This document shows positions 33,686 through 48,277 of a DNA stretch of 64,000 nt, in pieces. A model generated the notes under the pieces. It did not search any database. It saw only the letters and a list, made by a program, of their open reading frames with translations, and had not been told where the DNA came from. The stretch comes from Azolla caroliniana. Taxonomy: Eukaryota > Plantae > Polypodiophyta. Made by a program: the position numbers and the translations under genes. The DNA lies in assembly GCA_043228905.1 (NCBI GenBank), contig JBHGNT010000006.1:8246001-8310000 (forward strand). Direction: 5' to 3'. Position 1 is the first letter of the stretch, and the number at the start of each line of letters is the position of its first letter.

Positions 33686-36600
33686 GATGAAGATAAGGAA
33701 AAAGACTAGAAACTGTTCATTACTTGATGGGGGATAAAAGTTATGATTTCTTGCAAACACAATCCTTGAGAAACATCATGAAGAGGGCAAGGAAGAAGAG
33801 GTCATTACTAGACCGTTGATCACCACTTCATGCAGACGAACGTTATGGTTTTGGTTTATCGTATCTCATAAAAGAAATCCTTTTCCTGTTGTCTACTGAT
33901 TCGGTTGGCTGTATCACTTGATTTTGCGAATGTGATGATGCTAAATAAGAAACGGTTGATGAAGAAGCGTAACGGAAAGAGAGAGACAGAGACATAATGA
34001 GAAACATAAAGCGAGAAAGGTCATAATTTCTTTCAAATCAAAATTTATTCTGTCTGAGAGAAATAGCTGATGCAGTATGGTTGTGAAGACGCTGAATGAC
34101 AGTAATAAAAACAAAATGTTTGGATATGAAAAGGAGGAAAGGTTTCTTATAGAGGAAGAGGTATAGTCATTATGATCTTCTAGAGAAGATTTATCATTCT
34201 AGACTAGTAGCATCATTATGATTCAGAAGAACATACAGATTAAGATGAAATCAGAGACCGTTCAAGGAAAGATAGTTAATTTTTTTGTGACAAACAGAAG
34301 CTAAATCCATCGCTTGCAAATTATCTGATACTTGGAAACAGGTGAACGGTTACTGTTGGATATTGAAGGCCATGGTTCGTCTTCATGGTAAATCCTTTCT
34401 GATCTTTCTCGTTGTTTTTTAAAGTAACGACCTCGGACCGAATGTATTAACAAATATCGTTGCTAAAGATTAATCTGCTGAGACAATTTAATGCGGACGG
34501 AGAGGAGATGACCACAATCAGGTTGAAAGGAGTGACTGAGATGTTCTGCGAAAAAGGAGAAGAAGAAAGAGAATTTCAAAAGCAAATTAACGAATGAGAA
34601 GAAGCAGAAGAAGAAACCATCGATTCTTTTGTACGCTCTTTTTTTTCTTTCTATAAAAAAGAAGATGAAGATGTTGATTATGATAAAAATCTAAATTTAA
34701 ACGAAGAAGAAGAATCAACAGACAGACACCATGATTTATTGCTTACGTTTTCTCTTTCTTTCGTGCGGCGAAGGATATGACGACGATGACAAAGTTTGAT
34801 GAAAAAAAGAAACTTCAAACGCAGAAGAAGCAGAAGCCATGGATTTTACATCTTACCTTCTTCCTTTCTTTCTTGTACTTCACAGTGATGATGACGACCC
34901 CGACAAAAATATAAACCAAGAAGAAGAAGAAGAAGAAGAAGCCATGGATTCCTTCTTTCTTTGATGTTACAGAAGAAGTCTGAAGAAATACGAAGCAAAG
35001 CAACTCAAAAATCAAATAAAATATCAGATGCGGCTCTCTCCACTAATTATTAATTACTAATTAATTAAAATATTATTCCCGCCGCTTTTTCAGAAATAAT
35101 AAGTGGAAAAATATATTCAAAAATAAATTTGAGAGAGAAAAATAGATTCGTACACTGAAAAATAAAAATAAAACTTTTAGATATAAAATGGAAAATAAAT
35201 CAGACGAAATATCTCCCAAGATTACATGATAAGAGTTTTTTTTCTTTAAAGAAAACAAAAAACTTTTGAGTGGTCTAGACTCTATTCTTCTGCAGGATGG
35301 CAAAAAATAGGAAATAAAAAAGGCCTAAATCAGATTTGCTAGAGCTTTTAGCGTTTCTTTTTTTGCACTAGCTTCAGTATTTTTAGTAGCATTTTTACCT
35401 TTTGAGATCGTATTTAGTCAAGAAACCCAAAAGTTTGGCGTCAGGACTTTTACTCTCTCTTTTTCTCTTAAACAAAAAGTCCATGTACCATGACCCAAAA
35501 CATAGTATGAACCATACGTACCCTAATTGCATTTACATTCGAGAATGTTTCAATCATTCGAGTATGGTTAACACCTTGGAAGTATGGTAAATACCATACT
35601 TCTGTATTCATTATTTATTATAAAGTAATTTTGTTTTTTAAAGTAAGAAATTTAAGGTTTAAAATGTAATTAAAAAAAACCATAAGAATGTTTTGATAAC
35701 ATACGCATTCGTTTTCGTTCGTATGGAAAAGAATGTGCTGATGCATTCGAGTGTATTACGTACTATGAGCCCAAAATATGTTGGCCCAACCCTAAACCCT
35801 CTTTCTTGGCCAAATATGAATCATTCTACGTGCACATCACATGGTTCATATTTGCAAACAAAACACACAAGCACCTATGTCGAGTTCAAAGCAGGCACAC
35901 ACTATACTCATGCACCAAGGGATTGGGTGCTTGTAAGTTGTAACATAACCGTTAATCGAAAGGACTTGTTTTGTTCCACGGTTTTCTTAACATTAATTTC
36001 GTTTGTAAAATTGGATTGTGCATTGGACCAACATATTTGGTCAATCTCTCTTTCCTCCTCTCCAAATGGACTCTCAGATTTTCTTCTAGTGCCATGAGGA
36101 GGAGGAGGACTCCCTTGTAAATGCATGCTATATAAACATTGGAGATGCATTATACTCAAATTGATTATTGCACCGTGTCATACAGTTTGTGTTGTTTTTA
36201 GATCATGAAGCAATTGCTTCACGACAATGAAACAATCACTAACCAAAATATGTCCACTACCTACGTTTTGGTCACCATACAAAACTTAATTGTGGGACAT
36301 TACATCACATTCTTGTAACGCCTTCTTTCACCTCCTAAGATTGGCACATCCATGTAAAATCTTGTTCCTCTTGTTCATAATATAGATTCATTTTCTTCTT
36401 GCTCTCTATCCTAGTTCAGTCCAATTTTTCAATTCAACTTGTAATAGTTTGAAATAATGATTTTTAATTAGAGAATACCTTCTCTATATGTTGCGCACCA
36501 TTGTGTCTGGTTGTCACTTGGCCATCATGCATAACTTAGGAGTTTCACAATAGCTATTGTGTAAGATGTTATGATACATAATAGTATAAAATATTATTAT

Positions 36601-37269
36601 ATATGAAAATTTTTAAAGCATTGCCATAATAGCCTTTTGCTCGAGCCTTGGAATTGTAATATAGAGGTCATTATGACCTTTTGTGATATGACACTTATTG
36701 GACTATCATAGTCTATTGTAGCTTTTATTGGGAGGAACTTAAAACTTCCATTGAACTTGTTTGAAAACAAGATTCTTCCACTATCGCAAGAAGAAATAGA
36801 TAGTGATCAATAAAGTTTATCAAATGCTAATAAATAAAGTGCAGCTTATTGACCCAAGAATCTAGTTCGGTGTGTATAAATCAATGCTACTTAAATTACT
36901 CATTCAATGGGGATATCGAATTGTTTGTGTTTTAAGTCACTAGTGCAAGAGGCTATTGCCAATATAATGTAACAAACTATGAGTATAGATTATGTGAATT
37001 GTTTGTGTTTTAAGTCACTACAAGGCAAGAAGATATTGCCAATGTGATGCAAACTATGACCATGAATTATGTAATTTTAGCTCTTCTTGGACTATATTGC
37101 GATCTCCCATATAATCTTTTATACATATGGTTTGTGTATTTTTCATATGGACACATGGCAAAATCTATGTGCTATTTCATTTTATTTTTATTTTCATGTG
37201 GGGATGTGGGGGTATCACATAACTCAAATTGCTTCCATGCAATCAAACTTGTCATGATCTTCGATATGG

Positions 37270-38350
37270 TTTTATGATCCTGACACACGTAAGGTCTTCA
37301 TTGGTCATAGTGTTATTTTTTATGAGGTTGTTCTGAATGCTACATCATTTAGAAAGTACACTAATATTTTTCAAAGATCATGATCCAACCCATGCTCCAA
37401 TTTTAGATGTTGCCAAGGGAAGTAGATTGTCATGTTGCTAATATTTTTGAAAATGCAAAAGTGCCTCATACAAATCATGATAGATTTGATGATGATCTAG
37501 AAACAATCTTCAAGGAAATTGTATAAGAGAATGAATGTTTTTCTATGTTCCATTGGTTTTAAATCATTGCAGTAGGGTTCTAATCTTATTTCATTTTCAT
37601 TGTCCTCTATGATCTTGACAATATTCTTGGATGTAATGATACAAATCTTCTAATTACTGCTAAGACATAACTAGCATCAACATTTGAGATGACCCATCTT
37701 GGATATTATATCTAATTTTGTCTTGTCTTCACCACTAATTGTGACCATGATTCAAATGGATGGGTGCATTCCAATCACATAAATGCCATCCTAAAGATTG
37801 TGGACAAGTTTTCCCTATCACAATGCAAAGTAGTGGCATCCCTTTGATTATTTATTTAACAGATTTACATTTGCTTAACTTGCATTTTCCTGAAATGAAT
37901 CAAGAACAAGATATAATGAAATATATCTCCTACGCTACCTTGGTTAATTTAGGTCTTGAATATTTTGCTCATGCCTTTCATCTGAATATTTCATTTTCTA
38001 CTAGTCTTTTGGGATAATTGATACCTTAATGTTGGATATATATGTGCAGATTAGGCAAGATTCGATCATTAAATGTGATCTAAAAGTGAGAATTGTTACT
38101 ACCATTGGATTGTCTTTGGTCTCTTCGGCATGGAAGAAACAAAATTATGTTGTGATTTCTATTACAAAATCAAAATACATTGTGGCTTTCTTTTCTTCTC
38201 AAGAGTTAGTTCGGTTGACTCTGTGTGCAAATTTTGGATTTCCACCACCTCAATTTGTTTGATAATCAAGGTGCTAATCTATTTGTGAATGATCAACCAC
38301 TAAATTCTAAATATAAACACATAGAGATGCAGGATCTTTATGTTTGGGCA
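37270..38350 (+). pseudogene. Highly degenerate Ty1/copia RT-RNase H remnant
   Basis: Residual KKQNYVVISITKSKYIVA, DNQGA and KYKHIE motifs in broken frames. Confidence 0.6.
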
Positions 38351-38359
38351 TAAATTAAA

Positions 38360-38619
38360 GGGAAAAGTACCAGGATCCCCTGGAAGTTCGTCTATTTACA
38401 AGAATGCCCTTGGAAGTTCCAAATTTACCAAACTACTTTATAAAGTAATTATACACTCAAATCTACAAGCCCTATTTACCAAAGATGGAAGAAATGGACC
38501 CGAACTAGCCCTATTTACCAAAGATTTAAGTGTATAATTACTTTATAAAGTGTAATTTTTTGGACATAGCGGTAGTTTGGTAAATTTGGAACTTCCAGGG
38601 GTATCCTGGTACTTTTCCC
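38360..38619. mobile_element. Mutator-type MITE (260 bp)
   Basis: TIR GGGAAAAGTACCAGGAT...ATCCTGGTACTTTTCCC; perfect 9-bp TSD TAAATTAAA. Confidence 0.9.
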
Positions 38620-39269
38620 TAAATTAAAAAGGGCACTGTTAAGATTAAATATTATTCTTCACATCTAATGCTTTTTTATATGTAAATTTACAAAGCACTT
38701 AGTGACAAGCCATTATCTGAACATAGCACTTGTTGATATGTCTCTTACTTAGCTATATTTCTAATAGTTTTTTTCACAATATTTCAGTGCCTTGAGGGTA
38801 ACCATCCTCACAAAGGATAAATCTCCATCCTTCCTAAATCTCTCGACCTAAATTGTCGTTATAACAAAGACTATCAACAATGGTTAGCAACTCACTAATT
38901 GTCACTAGCCTTATGGAGAAAGACTCGGCTCTAGCCAGAAGATTGAAAGTCTTCGACCTTATGGTGGTCGGGAATACTTCCTTGGACAAATTCATGGTGT
39001 TCTCTCTAGAGAAAAGGAACAATGGCATAAGTAAGTAAAAGAATATTCACATTAGGGAGGTATATTGACTTGTGATCAGTTAGAAGAACATGCCACATTT
39101 CTATTAGGCATAAGCATCTATACAATGGAATGCTAGATGAATCAGTGTCTTACTGCAGTAACACACGATGTGACTCCATATGAACACTATAATTTATCGG
39201 AGGAAGCTAGATATATCACATCCTTAGCATTTAGATCATCCCTGCACCTCATGGGACCTTGCTTTCTTA

Positions 39270-39905
39270 TTGTTATTACATTTTGAACTGTTGAAATTTG
39301 GCATGAAGGATCACAAGCCAATCATAACACTTCTCAACCATAGCTTGAAGATACAAATTGAATCGAGCTTCATATTTAGCAATCAAACACAATGTCGACA
39401 AATACTTAGAAGTCTTACTTACTTGAAATTCAATTGCCCTAACCTTAACTACAGAATCAAACTACATGAAATCATGCAACCATCAACCTTACTTGAAGGC
39501 TACATAGAAGCCAATTGGATTGGTATCTTAGTGGATCACCAATCAACGTCAGTCTTTGTGAAATATTGTGGTGTAGCCATCACCATTCATGAGGCAATGT
39601 GGATCAAAAGGATCTTTAAAGACTTTTACATCCCAATCAATGGTTGATCAGTTCATCTAAAATATGACAATTCTAATAGTTTGCCATTGTCATGGAACAC
39701 CATGTTCCAATGCAAGGATGAAGCACATTGAGGTGCACTACCACTACATACAAGAGAGGATTGTCTCCGTAGACATAAATCTCCAACATATTTGTATATA
39801 TTGATGAATGTTTGATATTTGTAGCTTTAGTGCACATCTTTGGGCAATTTTCAACGGCTTTTAGCCTTTTCACAAGATGGTTTCCTTAGCTCGTTTAAGG
39901 GAAGG
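39270..39905 (+). pseudogene. Degenerate Ty1/copia RT-RNase H remnant
   Basis: EANWIG..DHQSTS, EAMWIKRI and HARMKHIEVHYHY motifs. Confidence 0.65.
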
Positions 39906-42900
39906 ATCAATGGTTGGTCATTGACTTTGACAATTTGGTTTGGAAGTCTCTTTGGTTTCCTTTCCATCTACTTCGTATGTAACTATAGTCAATACACCTT
40001 TTTCTAACTAATGGAAGGATAATCTTTTTTGGGGAAAAAAATGTGAAGAAATTCGAAAACGGTTATTGTAAAGTAATTATCACAATGTAAAAAATCAACA
40101 GGATATTAGTAAATAAACATTACAATTGTTACCTCTATCCTTCACCTTACAACCTTAACCCAAAACAATGGTGACAAGATGGCATTGACCTTTATCTTTA
40201 TACTCTGAACTAGAGGGAGCACAAGCAACCCTAATGTAGTCATATAATTTCGTATGGGTTTATGCTAATTTCATGAAATATTGCATTGGTATTATGTTCC
40301 ATATCATTTTCATAGTGACCATAGCTACAAAAAATATCACCATGCATACCAATATTTGCAAATCCACCGTATAAGAACTAACTAAAACAATGTAAAATGG
40401 AACATACTCGTGGTCAAAGTTTGAGGAGTTGTTCAAACAATACAATCTTCCTTCTTGCCTAAAATGGTGGACATTGATTAAGACAGCTAACAAAGTATTG
40501 TTTATCACCAGACTTGTCATGATTTAGTTGGAGACTCACAAACGTGATGACTACAAGATTTGAACAAATGCAAATGATGCCCACTAGATTTCGAGCATAT
40601 TGCCTTGGCAACTCAAATTAGTTATCGAGTTCCTAGAATTTAGTGATGGTTCATGTCTAAGAAATCATGAAACCCTTCAAATAATATGAATAATGAAGAC
40701 CAAACAAATGCACTTATACAGACAAACTTTGAGAACATTACCCACCCACTCCTCTTGGTTCTAAAAATGTTGTACATACCATCGATGGATAGTGGCTTCT
40801 TTCAAGGATCGATACCAAATCAAAGATAACTTTTTTTCTAAATATTATAAGTGACAACAAGGTTCACTTGATGTAAAAAACAATACAAAGTGCAAAACAC
40901 TAATTGTAGCCAAATCATTAATGCCAATTTCCATTTGTTCACATCGAGGGTATCTCTAGACACATCTAATAATTGATGTTTCACACTATCCAACGCTACC
41001 ATGGGACTTAGAAGAAGCACTCTAAAATTAACAACTACTTGGTGTAACAACTAGATATCTAAGTGATGTTTAGGTGATGCATGAGCTCGAGACAACCAAT
41101 CTCTACTTGAGAAACAAAACTTTAATACGCCGATCTCATGTTGGGATGTCCTCACCTTGCATTATTAAATTCATAATCAAATTTGAATTTCTAGTACAAA
41201 CAAAATAAGGAAGGTAGTGCTAGAAATAGAATGTTTTGTCTTCCAACTCTATAAATTATCGTATTGTGTATACGTATAGAATAGAAACACGAAAAGATAT
41301 TGCATTTGAACTTTTAGGTCTCTACCTCTAAAAGCCTAGGTTTGCAAGTTGTGAATCATGCATGTTGACTTGATTGGATGTACTATTGTTTTGACACATC
41401 TCGTGTTTTAAAAATCGTTGACAAACTTGATTTGTTCTTACTTATCAAAATTATGTGAAACATCTCAACAAATACACATATCTCTTACCTATAGTGAGGT
41501 TTGGTTTGGAAGGTATCCCAAATTATGTTATCAAACATTCTCATCATGACTCACAACTTTGCCACATGTGCCAATTTATGTATTTTTAAAGAGAAATAAC
41601 TTGATGATGAACATGAATTGAGAATTAATGTTAATCCATGCAAAAGGCCATAAATGATATACCATATACATACTTCACTAAGTTGTACTTATAGATAGAA
41701 TACCATCACATATATTAACCTCGGAAAGAAAACTTTGTGCAATTGGTATCCTTTCCTCGAGGGTTTCTCCTTTGCCCACGAATCTTCGCTGGAAAGGTAA
41801 GTATATTTTCTATATAAATATTGTAGAAAACAAACCATATGTATGATGGGAAAGCAACAACCACAATTTTTAAATGAAAATAGAGAAACGTATGCATATC
41901 GTTATGTCGCGAAACTTAGTGTGGATAATTGTACATCTTCTTCATTAGCTAGTTGAAATACTTATGTTCACTATGGCCACACATCTAACTCACAATACAT
42001 TTGGAGGTTCTCATAGTAACTTATAGTTGTTCACAAGTTAGAAGTAACAAAATAAAATAGAATGATATGATTAGATATAGTTTGGTTGATGTCATGCATT
42101 ATGCAACATATTTTCATCCTCTCAACCATTTCACTAATATCAAAAAGTTTAACATGATATTCTTAGACCTCACTCCTTCGACAATTATCCTACATGTGCG
42201 AGATTTGAACATATGTGAGTAATGTCCAATAGATTTCAAGCATCTTGCATTAATTGCCCCTCAAGGTGGTTATTTGCTTCCGAAAATGGCTTTTCTACAA
42301 CGGTTTATTGATGCTTCATGTTCAAAAAGTTAGGAACCTTCACCAATTATAAGAATACCTAACAAGTTCTTGGGAACTCTATCACTTGCATATGAATGGG
42401 CTTCCAATATATTTTCCCCCCAATTTCTCATGTAAATTGATTTTTATGGCTAGCGTATTTTGTGCATATATATCCTATCAATATGACATGGCAAAGCCTA
42501 TACACCATTTCCTTTTTTCTTTGGCATATGTAAACTCTATTAGTTCGCATATGGATAGATGGATGAGCCCCTTAACATTGATTATGATTCTTGGTGTGCT
42601 TTCATCTTACATTTGTTGCGATAATCCCTACAATCATTGAAGTCATACTGTTGATGGCTTGTGAAGGCATAACAACAAAAGTTATTGATTGGTTTCAACA
42701 ACAAGGTTTGGATTTGTACGTCGAAGGAAGGCTTTATTTATATGAAACGACAAATAATTAATAAAGTGGAGAGTTATTGTAGTGTCGAGACTAATCCACC
42801 CAATTAACTAATCAAACATCATGAAGGAGTGATTAAGAAATAACAAGAGAGGCCCCAATTGTTGCAAAGCCTTTAATAGTTTAGGCCACATAAAAAATCC

Positions 42901-43713
42901 CCAGTAGGAGCCAAATTTGGATTGGGTATTGCCAGCTTGATCAAGGATTTTTAGAGCAACTATATGTTTTCAAGTGCTAACGTGATGTGTGCCAAAAACC
43001 GTGGTATGTTCAAGACTCAGGGGAAAAAGTTTTTCTGGGCAGGAAAGTCTCAACTCCCAAGTCATGGGCCAATCGATGTGGAATACACAAGCAAGTATCA
43101 GCCTTACGTCGAAATGATGTTTCTTCTCGAGACCAAAAAGCGAAGATACCAAAGAACGCAAGCCCAAGGTCCCCTGCCTCCTTTAACAATCATGGCAGAA
43201 GGCCCGTGTGGGTCTTTTTATCGGCCGGATTGCAAGTGCGATGAGATACGAGAGATGGTGTGATCCGATCGGAACATCGAGAGATACAGAGAGGTTTGTT
43301 TTTTAATATATGTAGACGAGACCGTGGGCTCTCTTGGACAAAACGTTGGCCCAAAAGGATGGCTCCAAATAGCCTGGTCCTTGGGCGGACATTAGAGACA
43401 GTGAAAAGGCGCGGTCCGTGTGAAAACTACTGTTCCCTCTGTTCTTCTTCTTGTTGGCCTACCAATGCTCTCTCTCTCTCTCTCTCTCTGTTCCCGTCTC
43501 CCTCTCTCTCTCTGCTGATTCATCGCCATTGAATCTGCCCGTTTTCTGCTCCTCGATCCTCCTACCCCCAATTGCACATCGAACGATATGCCAAATTGTT
43601 GATGGTACTCTAAAATTGCCCGAAAATCGGCCAATTCCCGACGATTTAATCCTTCTTTGGAGGCCCTAAATCAAAAGAAAGTTTTCCCTTTTTGGGGCTC
43701 AAGATTTCATCCC

Positions 43714-45876
43714 ATGGAAACTCGGAGAAGAACTGTAAAGTTCGAAGAATGTGATGGAGAAGTGGAAACTGTTCATAGAGAGGTCTTATCTGGAAACGTT
43801 ACGATGGATGGAGAACAGAGCAAAGTGTGGAAGAAGAAGATAGTGAAGGATGAGTACAGGTTGTTAGGGTATCATGATTTACCTGATTATCTCAAGGATA
43901 ATGAGTACATTCTTGGATACTATAGAGCTGATTTCACATTTGGACAAGCTCTTGGCAGCCTTTTCAAACTTCACAATGAGACTGTCAATATATGGACGTA
44001 AGTCTTCTTTTTGCCTTTCGGTTCTGGTTCCATGAATGCATGTATGCATAGCTTTTGGTGGAGATAATCTAGGTAAACATGCAATGCGATCTATGTATGC
44101 ATCCGTGCATCAATTACAATGCACAATCATGAGTCCGATGCATATGCATAAATATATGCATAGATTAGGCGATGAGGTATATGCATGAATGTATACATAT
44201 ACTAGACCATGATCCATATTCATGAATGTATACATGGCTAGACATGATACATATGCATGAATGCATTCATAGGCTAGACATATGCATATGCATGAATGAA
44301 TACATACGAGATGCATTTGTAAGTCTAGACTATGATGCATATGCATGAATGCATACATATGAGATGCATATCTATGAATGCAGGCATAGGAGATGTATAT
44401 CCATGAATATAAACATGAATTTCAGGAGAAGTAACTATTTATTTCTGAAGGTCACATGAAATTTGTCGTTAATATTTATTGATAATTGCTAATACCTTGA
44501 TCTCCATGAGAGAGAGATTGAAATTCTTCAACATTTTGCAGACATTTGTTAGGGTTTTTCCTTTTTCTTTGGTTGACATTCTTGATGGTGATTGAGTTAT
44601 GGGAACTGCCAGCTTCAATTTCCTCGTGAGTATATTTTTCGTACTTTCTTCTGTTGAAGTTGCCACATGCGAATATGTATTATGTTATGTGTGTATGTGC
44701 TTTTATATGTATGTATGTATGTATGTATGTTGTATGTGTCTATATATATATGCTGTATGCATGTACATATTTTGGGCAGTAATTGGATAGAAGTTGATAT
44801 TAGTATACCTTATTTTGATGAAACTCTATGGCTCATGGAATGTATACTTCGTTTGGTAGGTGTTTCTGGGCTCCGAAAGTTGATGGAAATACCTCTCAGC
44901 ATTGTCTACTGGTATGGACTACATCTAATTAGCTCAAGTTTGATATAATGTTGGTAAAGCTATGCGCTTAACTTCATGTTCTTGACATTGCCCCTGAGAT
45001 ATACATTATTGCTTACATGCAATTCGGAGCATTATTTTTGGAACCCTAGCTTTAAAACTAAGAATCCATACAATTTACCACGATATAATATCACCTACAC
45101 ATTTTCTTTTGTTTATTTTGTGTATATTTATAACTTCCTAATGGACCCTTAAAGATAATAATGCTTTAAAACATGGAATCATGACTTCGGTTTTCTGTTT
45201 TTCTCCTTTGGGATTTCAGCAAATCATGAAGAAAGAGGCATCCAAAATGGTGGATCCGATGTTGAACAAAACCAAGACAAGGTGGCCGTTCTTCGTGTTC
45301 ATGGGCGGGTCAATGTTTTGTCTTCTTGCAAGCACAGTGTGCCACCTTTTCACATGCCACTCAAAACATGTGGCAATATTGCTCATGCGAATTGACTACG
45401 CCGGCATAGCTATCATGATTGCAACCTCATTTTTTCCACCCATTTACTATGTATTCCAATGCACACCTATATGGCAATGGGTCTATTTAGGTTCTATTAG
45501 CACAATGTCTATACTAACAGTGGCATTGTTGTTTGCTCCTGTTTTCCAAGGGGGAGAATATCGGGCGTTTAGGGCCATGCTTTTCTTGACAATGGGTATG
45601 TCAGGTTTAATCCCAGCTGTCCATGCAGTGGCCACGAACTGGCACGAGCCTTTCTGTGCTGTCACGATTGCACATGAAGGTATTATGGGTTGTTTCTACG
45701 CTATCGGGGCGATGATCTATGTAGTTAGAATTCCAGAGAGGTGGAAGCCGGGTGTCTTTGATCTAGGTGGGCATAGTCATAACTTGTTCCATGTGTTGGT
45801 CATTGCCGGTGCTTATACTCATTATAGAGCTGCCCTCTTGTTTCTAGAGTGGAGAGATTTGAGGGCATGTCCTTAG
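43714..45876 (+). CDS. HHP: Heptahelical transmembrane protein (PAQR/adiponectin-receptor/HlyIII family); exons 43714-43997, 44542-44625, 44860-44911, 45220-45876; 358 aa
   Basis: LPDYLKDNEYILGYYR, HNETVNIWTHL, SxxCH, RIDYAGI, RIPERWKPGVFDLGGHSHNLFH; all introns GT-AG and phase-consistent. Confidence 0.93.
44030..44420. repeat. Degenerate ATGCATGAAT-type tandem repeat in HHP intron 1
   Basis: Repeated ATGCAT/CATGAAT words. Confidence 0.6.
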
Positions 45877-47964
45877 AACAAACCAAGAAAGGATGGAAGA
45901 AGTTAAGGGAAAAGGATTTCTCCACATTGTGTAAGGCCTATTCAAACCTTGAAAGGAACTTTTTGGGTGAAACCTTCAAACAAATTGATTGAAGCCCAAA
46001 GAAAAAACATATTCATGCTTTATACATGATGCTGTCTTCAATGGTCAACAATGATTTTTTTGGGTGTGAAACCCGTGATTTTTGGATGCAAGTTTTCAAT
46101 GAAGCTCAGCAAAAAACAAATACAATCAGCACTTTACAAACCTTAATGATCATACGATGAAATGTCTGAGTTTAGATGCACAATATGGTTCTTATTGAAA
46201 AGAGAGAGAAAACCCAATTTTTATTCTCTCTCTGACTCTTGGGGAATTTATTATAAATTATAAAAAGAGAGAAAAAACCCAATACAAGGCACTTCTTGGG
46301 GAATGTATTTTAAATTATAATCATACCATATATATATCAATCAATAGAAATTGCCTATGTTACTTGAATATGTTAGCGTCATGAGAGTCACAAATAAACT
46401 GATAAAAGAATGCCAAATTCCAATTAGTTTCAATAAATAATCTACAAGCTATCTTCATGTAATAAATTGCACGTATGCTTAAGATAGATCATGTTAAATA
46501 AATTTTGAAATTACATGATGCATTGTCTATCTCACATCCACTTCATTATGCTATAAAATTTGATCCTCTCCATGGGCTACATTTTGTCTCCTAGATCACA
46601 ATTGGCCTCCCATAGATGTTAAAAAGATCTCTCTTTCACTAGGTATAACTTTGTTGATTTCATGAGAGGAAGACAATAATGAAGAAAATATATGGAATTG
46701 AGTTTATGATAGGTCAGGGTTATAGTCAAAGAAATCGCAAGGGCGAGTTGGATTTTGATGTGAATTAAACCAACAAAAGATGTATGTAGTTCAATCGACA
46801 AGAGATAACCCTTAGGATGATAGGATGTAAGTGTTTGAATTTGCTAATGGAAGATAGGAAGAAATGATAATTTACAATGTACACCATATAGGAGGGATGA
46901 ATGTGGTACATTGAAAGGAGGAATCCCCATTTTGCAAAAGCTCACTATCGGGGATAAGTGGCAACTCATGTTACAACTGACTATTTTGATAGATGAGCTC
47001 TTAAAACCTATAGATGGAGAAGGAGAGCTCATTCCCAAGGATTTGACATTTTGAAGGATATATGGTTTATTGCGGGATATCAAATCAAGAGGATGTGCAG
47101 GAAACCTATGACGACAAGAGACAACGTGACTATCAACCATAGACTTGTACCAAAACTCGAGGATCTCCTCCCGACAATTGTTTGATTTCTTTTCACTTCA
47201 ATATCCCAATCCCTCATGTTGAATGTATCGGGGTTAATCTTATTTGTGGCAAACAATTGTATCTTGGGTTTACCCACTTAGAATTATTGCATTAGGGTTG
47301 ATCTTTATTAAATGAATTGTATCATGACTCTAAGCCCTTCAAGTGACTAATATAATTTCTTGAGGATTTCATTGAAAATTTATGTATGCATCTTTTGTAA
47401 TCTTGACTTTTTTAGAATTGTCATCAAACAAGGATTGTAGTGGAATTTTCAACTCGAAAACCTAAGTATGGAGAGTGAGTCTACATGTCAAATCGCCTTA
47501 ATTTTGGCAAAAATCAGATTTTGGATCTTATTACGAAGTGATCTATGTGTCGATGCCTCTAGGATTCCACAAAGTTCGTCAGGAAACTTACAGATTGAAA
47601 TTTTGAGTTGTGGACAGAAAATTACAAGAAAAAGAAAATTAATATGATAGATGAAAAGAGTCGAACCCGCAACTTCAAGCTTGGAAACTCAAGTGCCCAT
47701 CTACTAGACAATGTTCATGAAAAATTTGGAATGGTTTGTGTGTTGGACCCACGAAAGTCCAAAAACCTTTGTGGATTGAAGAGATCCACTATTCCCTAAA
47801 TACCCTTAAGTTATCAACGTAGTTACACATATACTACCTACATTTCCTGTTAGCCTACACACTAAGATAAACATACTCAATCACATAAGCATACAAACAT
47901 AAATATTCTAACATATATACCTAGGGCAAATATCACACACACATCATTAGACTTGTATATAAAA

Positions 47965-48277
47965 GGGAAAAGTACCAGGATACCCTTGGAAGTTCGTCTA
48001 TTTACCAGAATGCCCCTAGAAGTTCCAAATTTATCAAACTACCCCTATGTCCAAAAAAATACACTTTATAAAGTAATTATACACTCAAATCTACAAGTCC
48101 TATTTACCAAAATACCCTTCTAACAGAAATTGCTTTACTTAAGAGATTCTTTGGGTCCTTTGTACTTACTTTATAAAGTGTATTTTTTTGGACATAGGGG
48201 TAGTTTGGTAAATTTGGAACTTCTAGGGGCATTCTGGTAAATAGACGAACTTCCAAGGGTATCTTGGTACTTTTCCC
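47965..48277. mobile_element. Mutator-type MITE (313 bp), same family as 38360-38619
   Basis: ~110-bp near-perfect TIRs beginning GGGAAAAGTACC; 9-bp TSD TATATAAAA/TATATAAGA. Confidence 0.9.

Noticed and set aside
40560-47300. Faint gypsy-like remnants near 40560-41050 and 46600-47300
   Set aside because: Too decayed to set boundaries or classify by eye.
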